Shown here: positions 63,783 to 64,000 of the stretch, piece by piece
Numbering within the stretch: the stretch's first letter is position 1
Layout: every line of letters starts with the position of its first letter
Source of the DNA: an uncultured Candidatus Bathyarchaeia archaeon
GTDB taxonomy: Archaea > Thermoproteota > Bathyarchaeia > Bathyarchaeales > DTEX01
Length of the DNA: 64,000 nt
Reading direction: 5' to 3'
NCBI GenBank assembly: GCA_964600125.1
Contig: CAZRIK010000002.1
Span: forward strand, 292-64,291
The notes under the pieces: generated by a model
What the model was told of the DNA's origin: nothing
Databases searched by the model: none
The model's input: only the letters and a program-made list of their open reading frames with translations
Made by a program: the position numbers and the translations under genes

Positions 63783-64000
63783 TGTTAATATCTTCTCCTT
63801 CCGAATTTACAAGGCTTTTTGCGAAATATGTTAGAATGATTGTCTTAAATCCTCGTATACATGCACGCATACGTTAATAAACGTTATTTTTTGTGGGAAA
63901 CCAATTTTTCAGAAAGGCTTAAATCGCCGCATGGGGAATGGGGAACGAAACCCTTTGTCGTGTGACATCGTTCTTTAAATGGTTAAGGCTGAGGTGAAGG

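Noticed and set aside
1-64000. CRISPR arrays, tRNA/rRNA genes, IS elements/transposases, integrases and reverse transcriptases
   Set aside because: I looked for regularly spaced repeats, tRNA-like T-arm/acceptor patterns in intergenic regions, and DDE/tyrosine-recombinase/RT motifs in ORFs. Nothing convincing was seen. tRNAscan/Infernal would be needed to exclude small RNAs.

Overview
This 64-kb window reads as an archaeal chromosome. The evidence is class-III-signal-peptide pilins with a FlaI/FlaJ-type pilus machine, TrmB and ArsR regulators, a TFB-like Zn-ribbon fragment, an aCPSF2-type beta-CASP nuclease and an aldehyde:ferredoxin oxidoreductase. It is densely coding (about 70 genes), roughly 50% GC by eye, and GGTG/GGAGG Shine-Dalgarno-like motifs are common. 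No rRNA, tRNA, CRISPR array, transposase or integrase was recognised.

Layout, left to right:
- 0.4-5.3 kb: sugar/polyol catabolism cluster (isomerase, PfkB kinase, MDR and SDR dehydrogenases).
- 5.4-7.6 kb: rearranged patch with a duplicated 3' end of an ABC-2 permease gene, a start-less TFB-like Zn-ribbon fragment, a URO-D family gene and an esterase fragment.
- 7.5-10 kb: ArsR plus ABC-2 exporter operon.
- 10.2-12.9 kb: MoaD-like / AOR / ferredoxin operon.
- 13-15.8 kb: TldD/PmbA.
- 15.9-27.5 kb: methyltransferase, two secreted proteins, a B12-radical SAM enzyme, assorted metabolic genes and a GNAT-thioredoxin-like gene broken by an in-frame TAA.
- 27.5-30.1 kb: AT-richer islet with an ATP-grasp gene and small ORFs, rich in AGCTAGC motifs, abutting a truncated MFS gene.
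- 32.6-35.5 kb: HK97-type head module (prohead protease, DUF2190-like protein, major capsid protein, Zn ribbon, RHH).
- 37.1-37.7 kb: TPP riboswitch plus ThiT-like transporter.
- 37.8-42.8 kb: 1128-aa FtsX/MacB-like fusion protein plus a multi-domain surface protein.
- 43-47.8 kb: CbbQ/NorQ-type AAA+ ATPase and VWA pair flanked by unknown genes.
- 47.9-57.3 kb: TrmB regulator followed by a nine-gene type IV pilus locus that ends in a pilin-beta-propeller fusion.
- 57.9-59.8 kb: RHH genes plus a phage portal gene.
- 60-63.8 kb: MFS transporter, class V aminotransferase and beta-CASP nuclease.

The most interesting signal is the split, terminase-less and tail-less capsid gene set. A single ~24-kb inversion would restore a canonical RHH-portal-protease-decoration-MCP order. 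All functional calls come from reading motifs in the translations by eye; no database search was run.
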